From Mizuhopecten yessoensis (taxonomy: Eukaryota): 63,562 nucleotides of DNA. A program made the position numbers and the translations under genes. How positions within the stretch are numbered: the stretch's first letter is position 1; the number at the start of each line of letters is the position of its first letter. The stretch lies in contig NW_018407979.1 of the NCBI RefSeq assembly GCF_002113885.1, forward strand, positions 592,226-655,787, given 5' to 3'. The notes below the pieces were generated by a model. That model was not told the origin of the DNA, did no database searches, and worked only from the letters and a program-made list of their open reading frames with translations. Below are positions 13,517 through 25,500 of this stretch, one piece after another.

Positions 13517-13943
13517 TGGTCTTGTTAAAGTAAACATTCATCTTGATCAATATTTTGTTGAATGAGTTGTATTCGTAGGAACTTAAACTAACTTTTCTAC
13601 AATATATGATGTCATCAAACATACACAAACGCGTGCCAAAGAATAACAAAGTTTCGCTGTTAATCTTACTGATACTCAATTGACATTGGTCAGGATTTAC
13701 CGCCAAAAAATAACACTTGGATGAAGGACCATAAAAGAATTGTTTTACCAACTTTGGTTAATATTTTGTGGAGCTTATAGTAAAGTTGAAAATATATAAA
13801 CCAATTACTACATTTGTCATTTAAATTCACTAATGAACAGATTATATCCATTATGGATTTTTTTTATCCATAATCAGAATCGGGAATGGCAATCGGATTG
13901 ATTTTTGATTGTAATAAATTATAATTCTACAGTGTAACTTACC

Positions 13944-16900
13944 TGCTGGTACTATCTCTGATGTCTTGACCTTTCCTGTCTTTCCCTTGCGCTTTGCAAT
14001 AAGCTGCTTGAGATTTTCCCGATCTTTCATAGAATTTAGTTTCATTTTCCACGTCTTAGGAAACTTCTTCAATTTTGGCATAGTCGGAGAAAGATCAGAA
14101 ACAGTAGAATCTGGCTCGATACTACCTTTAGAAGACTTTGGTGTAGACGAACCTTTTGGTGAGGAGATTTCTAAGTTGAGTTCTGGATCTGGTTTGACCA
14201 AGATTGCTTTTCTGTAAACTATTGGCTGCTTGTCTTTGTGATTGCGTCGAATGTGTTGAATGGTGAGAGATTTGGAGTGCGATTTATACTTGCACTCTTT
14301 ACATACCCAGTTCATGGTGTCATGTGCTAGCATCAGGTGCTGCCCAACGCCACGTACTGTCGACTCAAACGGACACTTAGGGCAACGGCCTTTCAACACC
14401 CTGGCTCTGTCTTCAGTATTTGTTATGTCCGGTGCTCCAGTTGACTTGGAAGGTGAGGATTCTGAAGAAAGATTGTACTCATAGACGTCGATCTTACTTG
14501 GAGTCTGTTGTTTGGAGGGTGATGTTTGTCCGTCGATTGATAAGGTCATGACCTTTCCCTGTAGTCCTGGAGTAGTGTCTACCTCAAGGTCTTTTAACAG
14601 ACAGAAACTCCGTACAAGGCTCACCGTCTTTCCGGGGTGCTCCTCCTTGTAGTGTGCGAGACCCTCGTATCTGTTAAGTGTGAAGTAAGTACACTCTGTA
14701 CAGGTGTACTTACACATCTTGTGTACCCAGAAGGCATGAAGCCTCACCCCGTTAATGGACTTTGACTGGTAATCACAAAGAGGACACTTTATCTTCTGTG
14801 GGTCTTTGGCTTTCACCATCACTTTAGCCTGAGACTTGGCCTTAGCTAGCTTCGAATATTTCTGACTGTACTTTTTCACATAGTTTGTCATTCTAGTGGA
14901 CTTCAGCAGGGTTGGTTTCTTCACTGAGGTTCTGGGGTTTTCTCCGTCACCTTCACTTGTGGCACAGTGACAGTTAGCCCTCCCAGGACTGGTACTCATC
15001 CTTTTTCTCTTCACATCTACTGAGCCTTCCTCTGAGGGACACTTATCACAACCTGAATGTATAACTGTTTTCTGTTCACTTTCAGAAACTTGCAATGCTA
15101 ACTTCAGCTTTTTCTTGTAAGGTCCTCTCACCATGTGTCTTTTTTCTAAATCTATGTTAGGTTTCTTTGATAACGCTGGTCTTCCTCTTTTTCGTTTTTC
15201 TGGACTGGCAGGAACGGATATTCCTGTCTCATTAAGGTCTCGCTGTTCCTCCATTGTGCTACTTGTACTGCTGGTAGAAAGTAATGAAGATGCATTATTG
15301 GATTCTGTGCGACTTCTGTTTCTCTTCGGTGGCATTGTAAGACTTTTTGTTCGCTTAACATACTTCCGTTTCACACGAGTGCCTGTGGCTGTAATGCTGT
15401 CCTGTCGCCTCTTCAGGGCTAGCAGACTATTGTTGATGGTTTCTTCTGTAAGAATACCAGTTTCGCTTGCCATTTTTCTCTGTTTCTCTAAACCCCTTGT
15501 AGCTGGGTCTGTCACACAGTCAATCTTTCTCTTTCGCCCCACCCTCTTCTTCTCTGATGACAGGGAAATTTCGGCACCTGCATTTACTTCTTCTTTCAAA
15601 TCTGAGTCTGTTTTTTTCCTTTTTGTCTCCACTAACTTTTCCTTATTTTGGATATTAACAGAAACTCCGGATCCTCTCTTAGATTTCATGACAAAGTGCT
15701 CCTGTGAACTTCCTGTAAGCTTCATTCTCATATATTTACGTTTCAAAGGACCAATGCCATGACCCCTCCCGATCCCCCTGCCCCTTCTCTTTTCTGTAGG
15801 ATCTCTCCAGGTTGGATCACCATCAGATCCACTCACTTCACTTTCCGGTACAGAGTTATCTGTTGAAGACTGGTCAGTTTCTATTTCAAATCTCCTTGAA
15901 CTTCCTCTCTTCCTACCTCTTCCACGACCAGCTTTATAGCCCAACGAATACCTCAAACTTCCTGCTGTGCTTGCTTTTGCCTCCACCATTTGACCATGGG
16001 AAAGTTTCTGTCGACGAACACCATTGTCTAAATTCAAAATTTCTCTTATGGTTTTTGTTCGTCCTTTCTTTTTCTTGTCCTCATTCTCTGTTGGTTGTCG
16101 GGTTGTATCAGGAAGCTTGGTCTGAGAGGCTTGGGAAGCCACTTGTGGACGAACCACGGTCTGTGGCTGTACAGCCATCTGTGCTGGAATTTGTGTTGGT
16201 ATCTGGGCTGGTACTTGTATAGGAATCGGCAATGGCATCTGCATTGGTACTGGAATCGCAATTCCACCAAAAGTTTGGATGAGATTGATTCTGCCGGCTT
16301 GGGTTGCTGCTTGAGCAGACATTACAGCCTCAGCATGAGGAACAGCTATCAAAGGAGTCTGGTTTCTTTGACTTATCATTTGTGGACTTACATTAACATT
16401 TCCTGTGATCTGTGATGCATTTTCTGCAGTAGAAACAACAGGATATGATCCAAGCTCAATCTTTTTCTTTCTACCCGGCCCTCTTCTTCTTGGTCCAACA
16501 ACAGGACTGATTTCAGTGACATCACCTGTAGATTGTACAGTGGGTTCATCTGGGTAAGTTACATACACATGTTCCTTTGTTTTCATAATTTTACTCTTCT
16601 TCTCTGCATGAATTTTCTTTTCCAAGCCTGACTCTGATGAATTTAATTCACCTTCGCCATCTCCAGAATGATCCATATCCTTCTTCCCTGTTGATGTCTT
16701 TGGATTTGTACTTTTGAAATGTTTGAACATGTCAAATGTCACAAGATTGCAGTCTTTGTACTTGGAAGGATTCCTTAGCACTCCACCTTCGGATTTCACC
16801 TTGCCTTCAAGGCGGATACACATTTCCAAGTACTTATCCAAGGCATTGTCCTTCTCTTTCTCAGGAGAAAACTCGTAGTTTTCAAAGCCACTGTGTCTTT

Positions 16901-18377
16901 TCTTGTTGTGGAAATTAAGTGTGGATTTGTCGGTGAACTTGTGACCACATAAGTTACACAGGAAAGGTTTATATTCAATGTTGATAGAAGCATGACGCCG
17001 GAGGTTGGTCTTGATAGGAGTGTTATACTTGCACCCTTTACACTTGTAGGACCTATAGAGTCCAGAGCCTCGGCTGTTTCGATCTGGTGTTGACAAATTT
17101 GAACAATCTGTACTGTTTGATTCATCCAGTCCAGAAGTATCGGATACATTCGGCTCAGCTTCGCCTGTGCTTTTCTCGACCACTTGTCTATCACTAGTTT
17201 CATCCAGAACAACTGCAGGCTTTTCAGTACTTGTAGGCTGTTCATCTGGTAGTGATGGTTTTGTTTGGTCATTCGTTCTAGGTTTGGTGACTAAAGCCAA
17301 GGGTTCCTCTTGTATATCTGGTATTATCTGTCCTTGATCTTTAGAGTCAGTCATTCTAGATGCACTGGATCTTTGCCCTCTACTCTGCTTTTGAACTTTG
17401 CCTCCATCCTGTGCAATATCACTCTCCTTTGAAGCTTGTGTTTCACATGTACTTTTGCCTTCATTTACTGTTTGATTCGTGGGCAATGATTGTTCTGTTT
17501 GTTGTTCAGTCAATACAGCTGAGGTTTTATCATTCGTAGTTTCTTCTTCTGTGTCTTTTTCCTGTTTGTTTTTATCGTCCGTACATATTGTTTCGGATTC
17601 TGATTCTTTTTCTTGTATGTCTGCATCTTTAGGACCACCATTGATTTTGTCTGTTGTTTCTCCCTCGGTTGCATTGCTTTCGTCTTTCTGTTGTAGAGCT
17701 GTTTTCTCTGTCGCCTCATTCACTGATGTCACATCTGGTTTTTCATCTGCCGGTTCCTTCTGTGGTAAAATTTCACATGGTGTCTCTTTGTTTGATAACA
17801 CTTCTTGTTCACTGGGTGTTGTCACTTGAGGTGTTTTTGCTTCATGTAAAATAGGTGATGTAACTTCCGGTGTATCAAGTGATGTCACTTCTTGTGTATC
17901 AAGTGATGTCACTTCCTGTGTACTGGATGATGTCACATCCTGTGAGTTTGATGATGACACTTCCTGTTTATTATCTATTTCAGTGTTGTCTACCGATGGC
18001 AGGCTTTGTTCGACATTTTGATCATTTGAGTTCTCTTCAGTGGTTTTTATAATGGCTGAACAGGGATCAGATTCTTTAATTTTCTGCTCCAACTTTTCCT
18101 CAGAACTGGCTTCCATGTCCTTTTTCTCAATTGGAGAAGGTTCGGTGCTTTGTTTTTGGTTTTCATCTTTTTTTGGATCTTCTTTCGGTTCTGTCACATT
18201 TTCCTTACTTTCAGCATCAGACTTTGCCTCTTCATTCTCTGTACCAGCACTGCCACATTGGTCAGTTACCACGCTCTCCGAGGTTGAAGTATCCGAAGAG
18301 GTTTTCTGGTCCGAGACTGGTTGCTCGCTACTGACATCATTGGCGGCTTTTTCAGCAATTGTATCAGACGTTGCCAT
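13944..18377 (-). CDS. Main coding exon (about 1478 codons) of a large nuclear AT-hook plus C2H2 zinc-finger protein. It has an acidic Ser/Thr/Glu-rich N-terminus with QEVTSLDT repeats and multiple GRP/RGRG/KRKRGRP AT-hook-like motifs. A Pro/Gln-rich block (PVPMQMPLPIPIQVPAQIPTQIP) is present. Three pairs of C2H2 fingers occur (YKCKGCKY...HNKKRH, CPLCDYQ...HYKEEH, CPKCPFE...RRNH).
   Basis: Uninterrupted 4.4-kb ORF in a 35%-GC genome. ATG at 18377 is preceded by an acceptor-like tgttttttcag (about 18437), suggesting an upstream 5'UTR exon. Consensus donor AG|GTAAGT at 13943/13942 ends the exon in phase 0. The remaining 93 nt of the raw ORF are intronic read-through. Confidence 0.8.
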
Positions 18378-19453
18378 ACTAGTCAGTGGAACAGGTAGTA
18401 TGGATATTAAGCTCCCTCTGTGTCAACAGTCAGCTGAAAAAACAAACATTTTTTTTTTTTAATTTGTTCAAAACGTTTAAAATAAGAACACAATTACTAG
18501 GCTAAAAATATTTCTTTTTCTTAAAATCATAAGACCCACATACCCATACTCTCAACTGTTGTTTTCAAAACTAATAAAAACACATCAAATCTGATGCCAA
18601 AATATTTTCATCCTGTTGTTCCACCCATTTAATTACAAATAAATTTTAGAAGGCCTAAGAAATTTTCAAAACTTGTGTCCAATTCATTTGAGATTTTTTG
18701 TTTGATAAAATGGCTTGAATGGGAGCAATAGGCTAGTTATGTTATAACAGATTAAAGTTGGTCTTTCTGCCTTTCTTGTGAGCACAATGACCAGCATATG
18801 GAAAAGGTTTGTACCTCAGCATTCAAGATTGATATGTAGAGGTTGAAATATGCATTTGTGTCACTTACAGCATTTTGCTAAAAGGTGATCAAAATGGGAA
18901 ATATCTATATGCTGAAAATGGCAATGTCATTTAGGGAATATTTTGACAATTGTCCTGCAAAAGGTAAAACTTCGATGATTTTTGTGTGTTTTTAAATTAG
19001 TCAATTTTAAACGCCCATATAGTCGCAACTGGATGTGAGAAAAGTTAACATTGCTAGCATTTTTAGAAGAAGAATGCATTAATTTGTTTAATTGCATTTT
19101 AGTTTTTGTTTGGGGTGGGGCCTCAAATCAAATTCATTCGTTGCATTAAATACCTCAAACTGAAGAAGTTCACACAATTACTTTCTTAAATAGCGGCCAA
19201 TAAAAAATGGAAGAATTTGTAAGTTTATAATGAACACTAGCATAACAGTGTCACTAGTAGAAACTGCAAGCAAACAATGATGGAGAATCATATTGGAATG
19301 TCTTTCCCCTACTGCAATTAGTTTCAATGTTTTTGCTTCATTTCTTTTGGAAATAATAGCACTAAACAGTTTGATCTTTTCTTTGTAATCAGTACATATA
19401 TATGTCAAAAAACATTCAAAGTCCTTGTGGTGGTTATATACAAAAAAAACAAA

Positions 19454-19558
19454 TGCAAAGAGTGTCTTAGTACCTCCCTAGTGCTTTCATCTCTTTAGAG
19501 GTCATGAACCTCTAAAGAGCTGAAAGCACTAGGGAGGTACACTAAGACACTCTTTGCA
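19454..19558. repeat. Near-perfect hairpin: 48-bp arms (GCAAAGAGTGTCTTAGTACCTCCCTAGTGCTTTCA.CTCTTTAGAGGT) around a 5-nt loop
   Basis: Reverse-complement identity of the arms. Confidence 0.8.
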
Positions 19559-22500
19559 TATGCTACTTATATAATATATGTTATGCAGATATTTTTATTG
19601 CCTTTCTTTGTAATGGCTGTTTAATAGAAAATTACTCAATTGGTTTATTATAATCAGTTAATATAATAATTTCTGTTTTGTTGTCTAGATTTTTCTCAGT
19701 CATGGTGTTTTGCACCTTGATTTCAGATTACTAGGTATTGTTGAGCCTTCCATATTAACTGAAGTGTAGCTGGCTAAAATATTGTTCGTAATAAGTTGCA
19801 TGTCATATTGGGACTTATAATAATAGGCTTTAGGCCAAACAAACAAATAAGTGTGTTTCATGTTATACTTTTGAAAAAATTAGGGTAGGTTAAAGGTAGG
19901 TAGGAAGGTAACTAAAAATAATTTCATATGGTTTCTATAGGAGAGTGATCTTGACTTTAACATGGTTTCTTTGATAATTGCCTGAAAAGTTTAGGGTAGG
20001 CACATAAAATTAGGGTAGGTAGGGTTACCTGGAAACACAAAATATTTTTAGTTCAGCCTTGCTGTATACACAAACCTGGTATTATTAATCAGTTATACTT
20101 GGGTGTTTATGACACCTCAATAGAAAACTGCGAGTATACAAACATCTAATTTTGTTTATTTATATATCTATACCTACACATCAATAATTCATGCCTCCTA
20201 AGTTTGAAAAGCAATGGTTATGAGCCGACACAACTCCTTATCATTCTATTTTGAATATTTTTAAATATCTCATTATTTACCCTTAATATACAGTACATCA
20301 CTGTACATGATGAATCACCTATGGTAAGTACAGTATATGTTATTTAGATAGTTGCCTCAGGTGATACATTTAAATACATGTTTAATCAGAAAAATATGCA
20401 GGGATTTTCTTATATATGCTATTTATGTCAGAATTCCTCCTTGCTATTTCCATTAAGACTTTGTATCATTTTACATAACAATCCATACAAAAAAATAGCA
20501 GTAATTTTCTTACAATGTTTTCAATCATGACAAAAAAATCATGATCTATATATAATAGCATTTACATCATACGTATGTATGCATACTTTATTCTTAAGTC
20601 TTAATAAATAAAAGTTAAAATAAAATTATGTAGCTTATAGCAGGAAGTAAAGTAGGTCAATATTGAATTATTCAATTAATCAACAGCAGCTGTACAGATC
20701 GAGACATCTGTTGTCTGTTAGCAGTATATCATGCTGAATAACTGACTAATTACTTTGCAGCAAGTTACATCATGCAGCATGTAATTCACATGCTATAAAA
20801 TAAGATTTACCTACATTTGCATACCAGCATGTCTACACATATCCTGCCATTATATACACGTAATGCAGTAGCATCATCATGTAGTACTGTAAAATATTCT
20901 TCATGTGTGAAGCAATACAACAGACTTGTAATACATATATACATAGGCATAATGAGAGAAGTATTGATTGTCAGTGGTGATTGACATAAGGCAAAGGAAG
21001 CCTGCAGTGCACTGTTATGTATACGTTAACAAAGGCACCATTTTTAGAACTAATATTATATTTATACTAATCAATATATAATATAGCGTTGCAAAGGAAC
21101 GAAACATTTCAGAGCTGTTCTGGTATTATGTATGCTATCTGTGCACACATTTATTAAAACTTTGCCGTTGAACCTGCATAGACACATCAGGTATTTAACA
21201 CTATACGGTATCCATTCACGTGTACAGTATACGTAATGGCATGTATGTAATCATACATAAACAATAATGAGTCAGAAATATTCATCCACCCGAATTACCA
21301 TTTCACGAAATTAACGCATATGGTCGCCTTTTATCGTGTGCATTATGACTATGTGAAACGCATATGTGTGTATGCATGTTGCAAATATTTGTTTATGTCA
21401 ACGAAATATGCCAATAGCTCAAATAAGGATAAGGTCATGTCCGACCGCGAGAGAGTAAGTTATTGTTTACAAGTGTAAACTGATGAGCGGAAATGGTCAA
21501 GGAGTGAAATTTGCTGCTCGCATTTATATACGCACGACCATGGTACATTATTTCATTCAACCTCTAAGCAAGAGCCACAAAACCGATCACCAGAAACTTA
21601 TATTTACCTGATTAAGTCTTGCATATTAGCTGACGTTCAGGACGTGGTCGACGAGCGTCTCTTCGGATTGGGTTGTGTATTGTGAATTTTCAAGCACTTT
21701 TCTGATCAAGAATGATTGAGTGCAGCATCAACACAAGTCTACCGATTCTCGCGATGAAAACACGTAGATGACCCAGAAAAGGGGAGATTATCAGTATTTT
21801 TTGGCGGAATATTTCAAGGTGCTACCAAAGGAGTTAAAATCAATATAACTATAACAATGAGTGAATCTGGATATAAAAATATCCCTTATACTATAACCCC
21901 CTCAGTTTTTTTTATAGTATAATGGATACTTTTTATATACATATTGCTATAGTTATATTGATTAAACGTCAGACTACAAAAAAACCACCCCTTACAGGGA
22001 CGTTTCTAGGATATTTGAAAGAGAATGAAATATTTTTTGGACCTTTTTTTTGCTAAAATACATAAAATAATTGTGAAATGCACTAATGTAACGGTTTCTG
22101 ACTTGGAGCCCATTACACCCTCACCTGGACCCGCCCCTGCCTTACACTGGTAGTTACTAACTTTTAGTGTGTACAGTATATTGATTTAACGTCAGGCTTC
22201 GAGGAACATGCAAATATGAATTATCATTTTTGTTTCTAGAACATTTGCTGCCGGACCTATGCCGACAAAATAAATAACAAATAACTGCTTCAGACGGAAC
22301 TGATGCAGACGGTATGCCTCTGAATGTTTCAAATCGTCTTTTATGTAGACCGCGGACGTAGATGACTGAGCTAATTCCGTGATATTTATAAGACCTTTTT
22401 CTTTGTGACATCGATTAATATAGACCTAATAGGGCACTAGTAGGCGCGGAGTGAAACCGTCGTAATCTGTCGACTGCAACTTTCTTATATACGGTTCGAG

Positions 22501-23395
22501 ACACCTCGGCACTTTTTTTAGCCTCGGATCACCTCGGCACTTTTTTTTAGGTCACTTCGGCATATTTGATTTTTTTTCTGATACTTCTTAAAATAAATTA
22601 ATATTGTTCCAATAACACAAATCAACATGCTAATTTCTTTCAGTACGTCGTGTTTACATGTTCAAAACATGTACGTGTATAGAACTGATGTACTTTTATT
22701 GTCATTCTTGTTTATTTTCTTTATTTTGTCATGAAAGGTTTTGGTTTAGGTTAAAATATAAAGCAAGGAAGTCTTGTGGCAGCAAGGGGTAGAGCGTTAG
22801 TTACAGAAAGTGATTGTTTCCACATTCATGTAAATATCTTGTCATCACGCAAAGCGGGTACCAGTGGTTGTGATTATCAAGAAAAAAACGAAGTCATGCT
22901 CATACAAGATGTGGAACGATATATTTGTAGGCGTGTTATCGGTATTCGTCTTATCGTAATAATTTTCTCAGTTATGTATACCAATTTAAAATAGATTTTA
23001 AATTCTAATTATGTTTAAATTTTTAAATTCATAATCACGTTAATTTTTTATATCTTCAATTTTTGTTCAGTACACGTTACCATACCCGTATTCTTGACGT
23101 ATACAATCCACAGTTGAATGACATCAGAAGATAGCCATGCATACATAAATATATGCATAACTTATTGAAAAAAATCATTAACTCCTTGAAAACCGTTATA
23201 TAATTAGCACATACCGTAGAAAACTTTGTCAGATAATTGAAAAGGATAACTTGTATCCAAAACATATAAAAAGCGTTTTGTTTAAATATCAATAGATTCA
23301 GTTCAATTCTTTTTTTACTTTAGACCTTTTGGTCCATCAGTAAAACCACGGACTTATAGTATGGCGTACAGAGTATAATCTTATAGAGAATGAGG

Positions 23396-23650
23396 TTCAC
23401 GTGCCGTTAATAGATAGTTGTAGGTATACTGACCACGTGCCGTTCATAGATAGTTGTAGTTGCTGACCACGTGCCATTAATAGATAATTGAATGTACTTA
23501 CAACTTGCCGTTAATAGATAGTTGTATGTATACTGACCACGTGCCGTTAATAAATAGTTGTAGTTGCTGACCACGTGCTATTAATAGATAATTGAATGTA
23601 CTGACCACGTGCCGTTAATAGATAGTTGTAGGTACTGACCACTTGTCATT
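23396..23650. repeat. Tandem repeat, about 6 copies of a 40-60-bp unit (ACTGACCACGTGCCGTTAATAGATAGTTGTAG...)
   Basis: Direct repeats. Each unit contains the CACGTG E-box palindrome. Confidence 0.7.
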
Positions 23651-25329
23651 GATAAACACAGAAAACGTTATGTAATGTTCATGTTATATATACGTCACTA
23701 TATTGTAAGGAAAACCTTATTTAATGTTCATGTTATATACGTTACGATATAACACGGACTTAGATAATCTAATTCCGTGTATATACTTAGAAATCTTCAT
23801 TTAATTATTATAATTATATATAAAATTTCATCTTTACGGCACATTATTCATTTTTTAATTGCTATCTTTATGGACTGGCGTTATTCTGTTTATAATTTCA
23901 ACGTTATAATGCTTCCAATTTGATATAAAACATTGTTATATTTTAACAATTATTGTTTCTATTGAGGGTCTTCAAAGTGGACGAGTGGAGCGTGTACGGT
24001 CAATGTTAGTGTTGTGTTAGTATTTCGGTGAAATAGCGTCCACGAATGACTTTTCATGCATCACAGAGGGGCGTCGCATGTATGCCCCCTCACTTTGATG
24101 TCTAGAACGACGCATGGACATAATGCATTATATACATAGGTATAATATACATATGTAGACCAACAAACATCACTCTTTCAAATGTATTTCATTGCGTTTT
24201 TCACATTTGTGTTTTTAAGATTATTTTTCGTTCAACTTAACTTTTGACATCACAACTGTTGGCCAGACCTTTTTATGTCATATTTTCTAAAAGAAGATCG
24301 ACATATGTCCATCGGCATCATGTGATCTGATATGTAAATTAGGAATTCTTAACTTATCTATTTATGGCATTGTTTAGGCATTACAAATTCCCAATGATAA
24401 CTCGAAAGATCCCATTTTCCTACCGGGGCTGGGGACGCTAGCCTCTATATTAAACTGTCACTTGAATGAGGAAAGTGGGTCTGATACAGGTCATTGACGG
24501 AACCAGAGACCTATCTGGGGGGTGGGGGTTCCAAATGTCCAGGGGGGGTTCCATGTGGGGGAAAAATTGAGGAAAATGATGAAAAAACATGGTTTTTAAA
24601 GAAAATTCGCAGGTTGGGGGGTTTCCTGAAGCCCAAAAAAACCTCTGGATCCGCCACTGCAGGGTATACTGTATGTTGAGTGTCACGCAAAATGTTCATT
24701 GCATGCTGTATAGTCTTTGATTTATATAAAACTTATAACATATATATATATATCCTTGAAATATTCATCTTTTTTCTTTCACCAGCTTACTTTGTTAGTA
24801 CGTACGATTGTACGAATATACAATTTGAAAACGATATGCATGATCTCATGTAAGAAATGTTCATGTATCAAAGGGTGATTAATCTTGAACCTCACAATTT
24901 GATAAAGTGCTAGAAGCAATTTATTGATTCTTCTAAATATGTATTTACCCAAGGGAAACTATATAAAATCTATATGAAATATTAAAAAAGGTAAGTTGCA
25001 ATATAGAAATTATAACAATAAAACACTCTAACGTTACAGGTCAATGTTATATTTTAAAGAAAATAATAAAACATAGGGAAAGTGTAGTGAACTCCCCGAT
25101 CCCCCGTAGATTTATTAATACAACGACTCCTTTCATCAATTTTGGGGGAAAAAATGTTACCTTAATTTAGATCGTCTACTGGTGCGCATATTCAAAGACC
25201 TTGCCCTAAGCAGTAATACTTCAAGTGCTTATTAATCATTATACGCTTATCAAAGAAAGAACGCAAATGAAACTACGACGCACCGTACTTCTATTATCTA
25301 GGTGTCATTGATATATTTAGCTAGCATAG

Positions 25330-25500
25330 TTAACGCGTACTATAAGAGTTGTCTCCCTTAGAACGTAAACGGTCATCGATAAAAATAGAAGCAATGGAAC
25401 GCAATGTGATTGGTCAATCGAATGGCCACGCCCCCCTCACCGGCCTGCAGGATCTTGCTCAACATTCAGAAACTCTGCTGACGCAGCTTCAAGAACAGGT
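25330..25500 (+). promoter_or_regulatory. CpG-rich segment with an inverted CCAAT box and GC/CACCC box (TGATTGGTCAATCGAATGGCCACGCCCCCCTCACCGG), followed by a consensus splice donor (CAG|GTAAGC at about 25498). Candidate promoter plus non-coding first exon.
   Basis: Local CpG density is much higher than the flanking sequence, and the motifs are present. No long ORF. Confidence 0.3.

Noticed and set aside
13851-13943. The last 31 codons of the 1508-aa raw ORF (KLHCRIIIYYNQKSIRLPFPILIMDKKNP)
   Set aside because: They follow a perfect AG|GTAAGT donor at 13943 and are AT-rich junk. They are read-through into the intron, not coding.
15133-15762. 209-aa plus-strand ORF, with other plus-strand ORFs over 15812-16415 and 17479-18462
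   Set aside because: These are antisense to the zinc-finger coding exon. They are low-complexity (Leu/Ser/Phe-rich) and have no start context, a typical mirror-ORF artefact.
19869-20020. TTAGGGTAGG occurrences (telomere-like hexamer)
   Set aside because: There are only three dispersed single units separated by unrelated sequence. This is not a tandem telomeric array.
21438-21455. Mini-ORF MSDRER followed by GTAAGT, read as a definite first coding exon
   Set aside because: Six codons is far too short to call, and it overlaps a minus-strand donor candidate in the opposite sense. It is kept only as a hypothesis in the findings.
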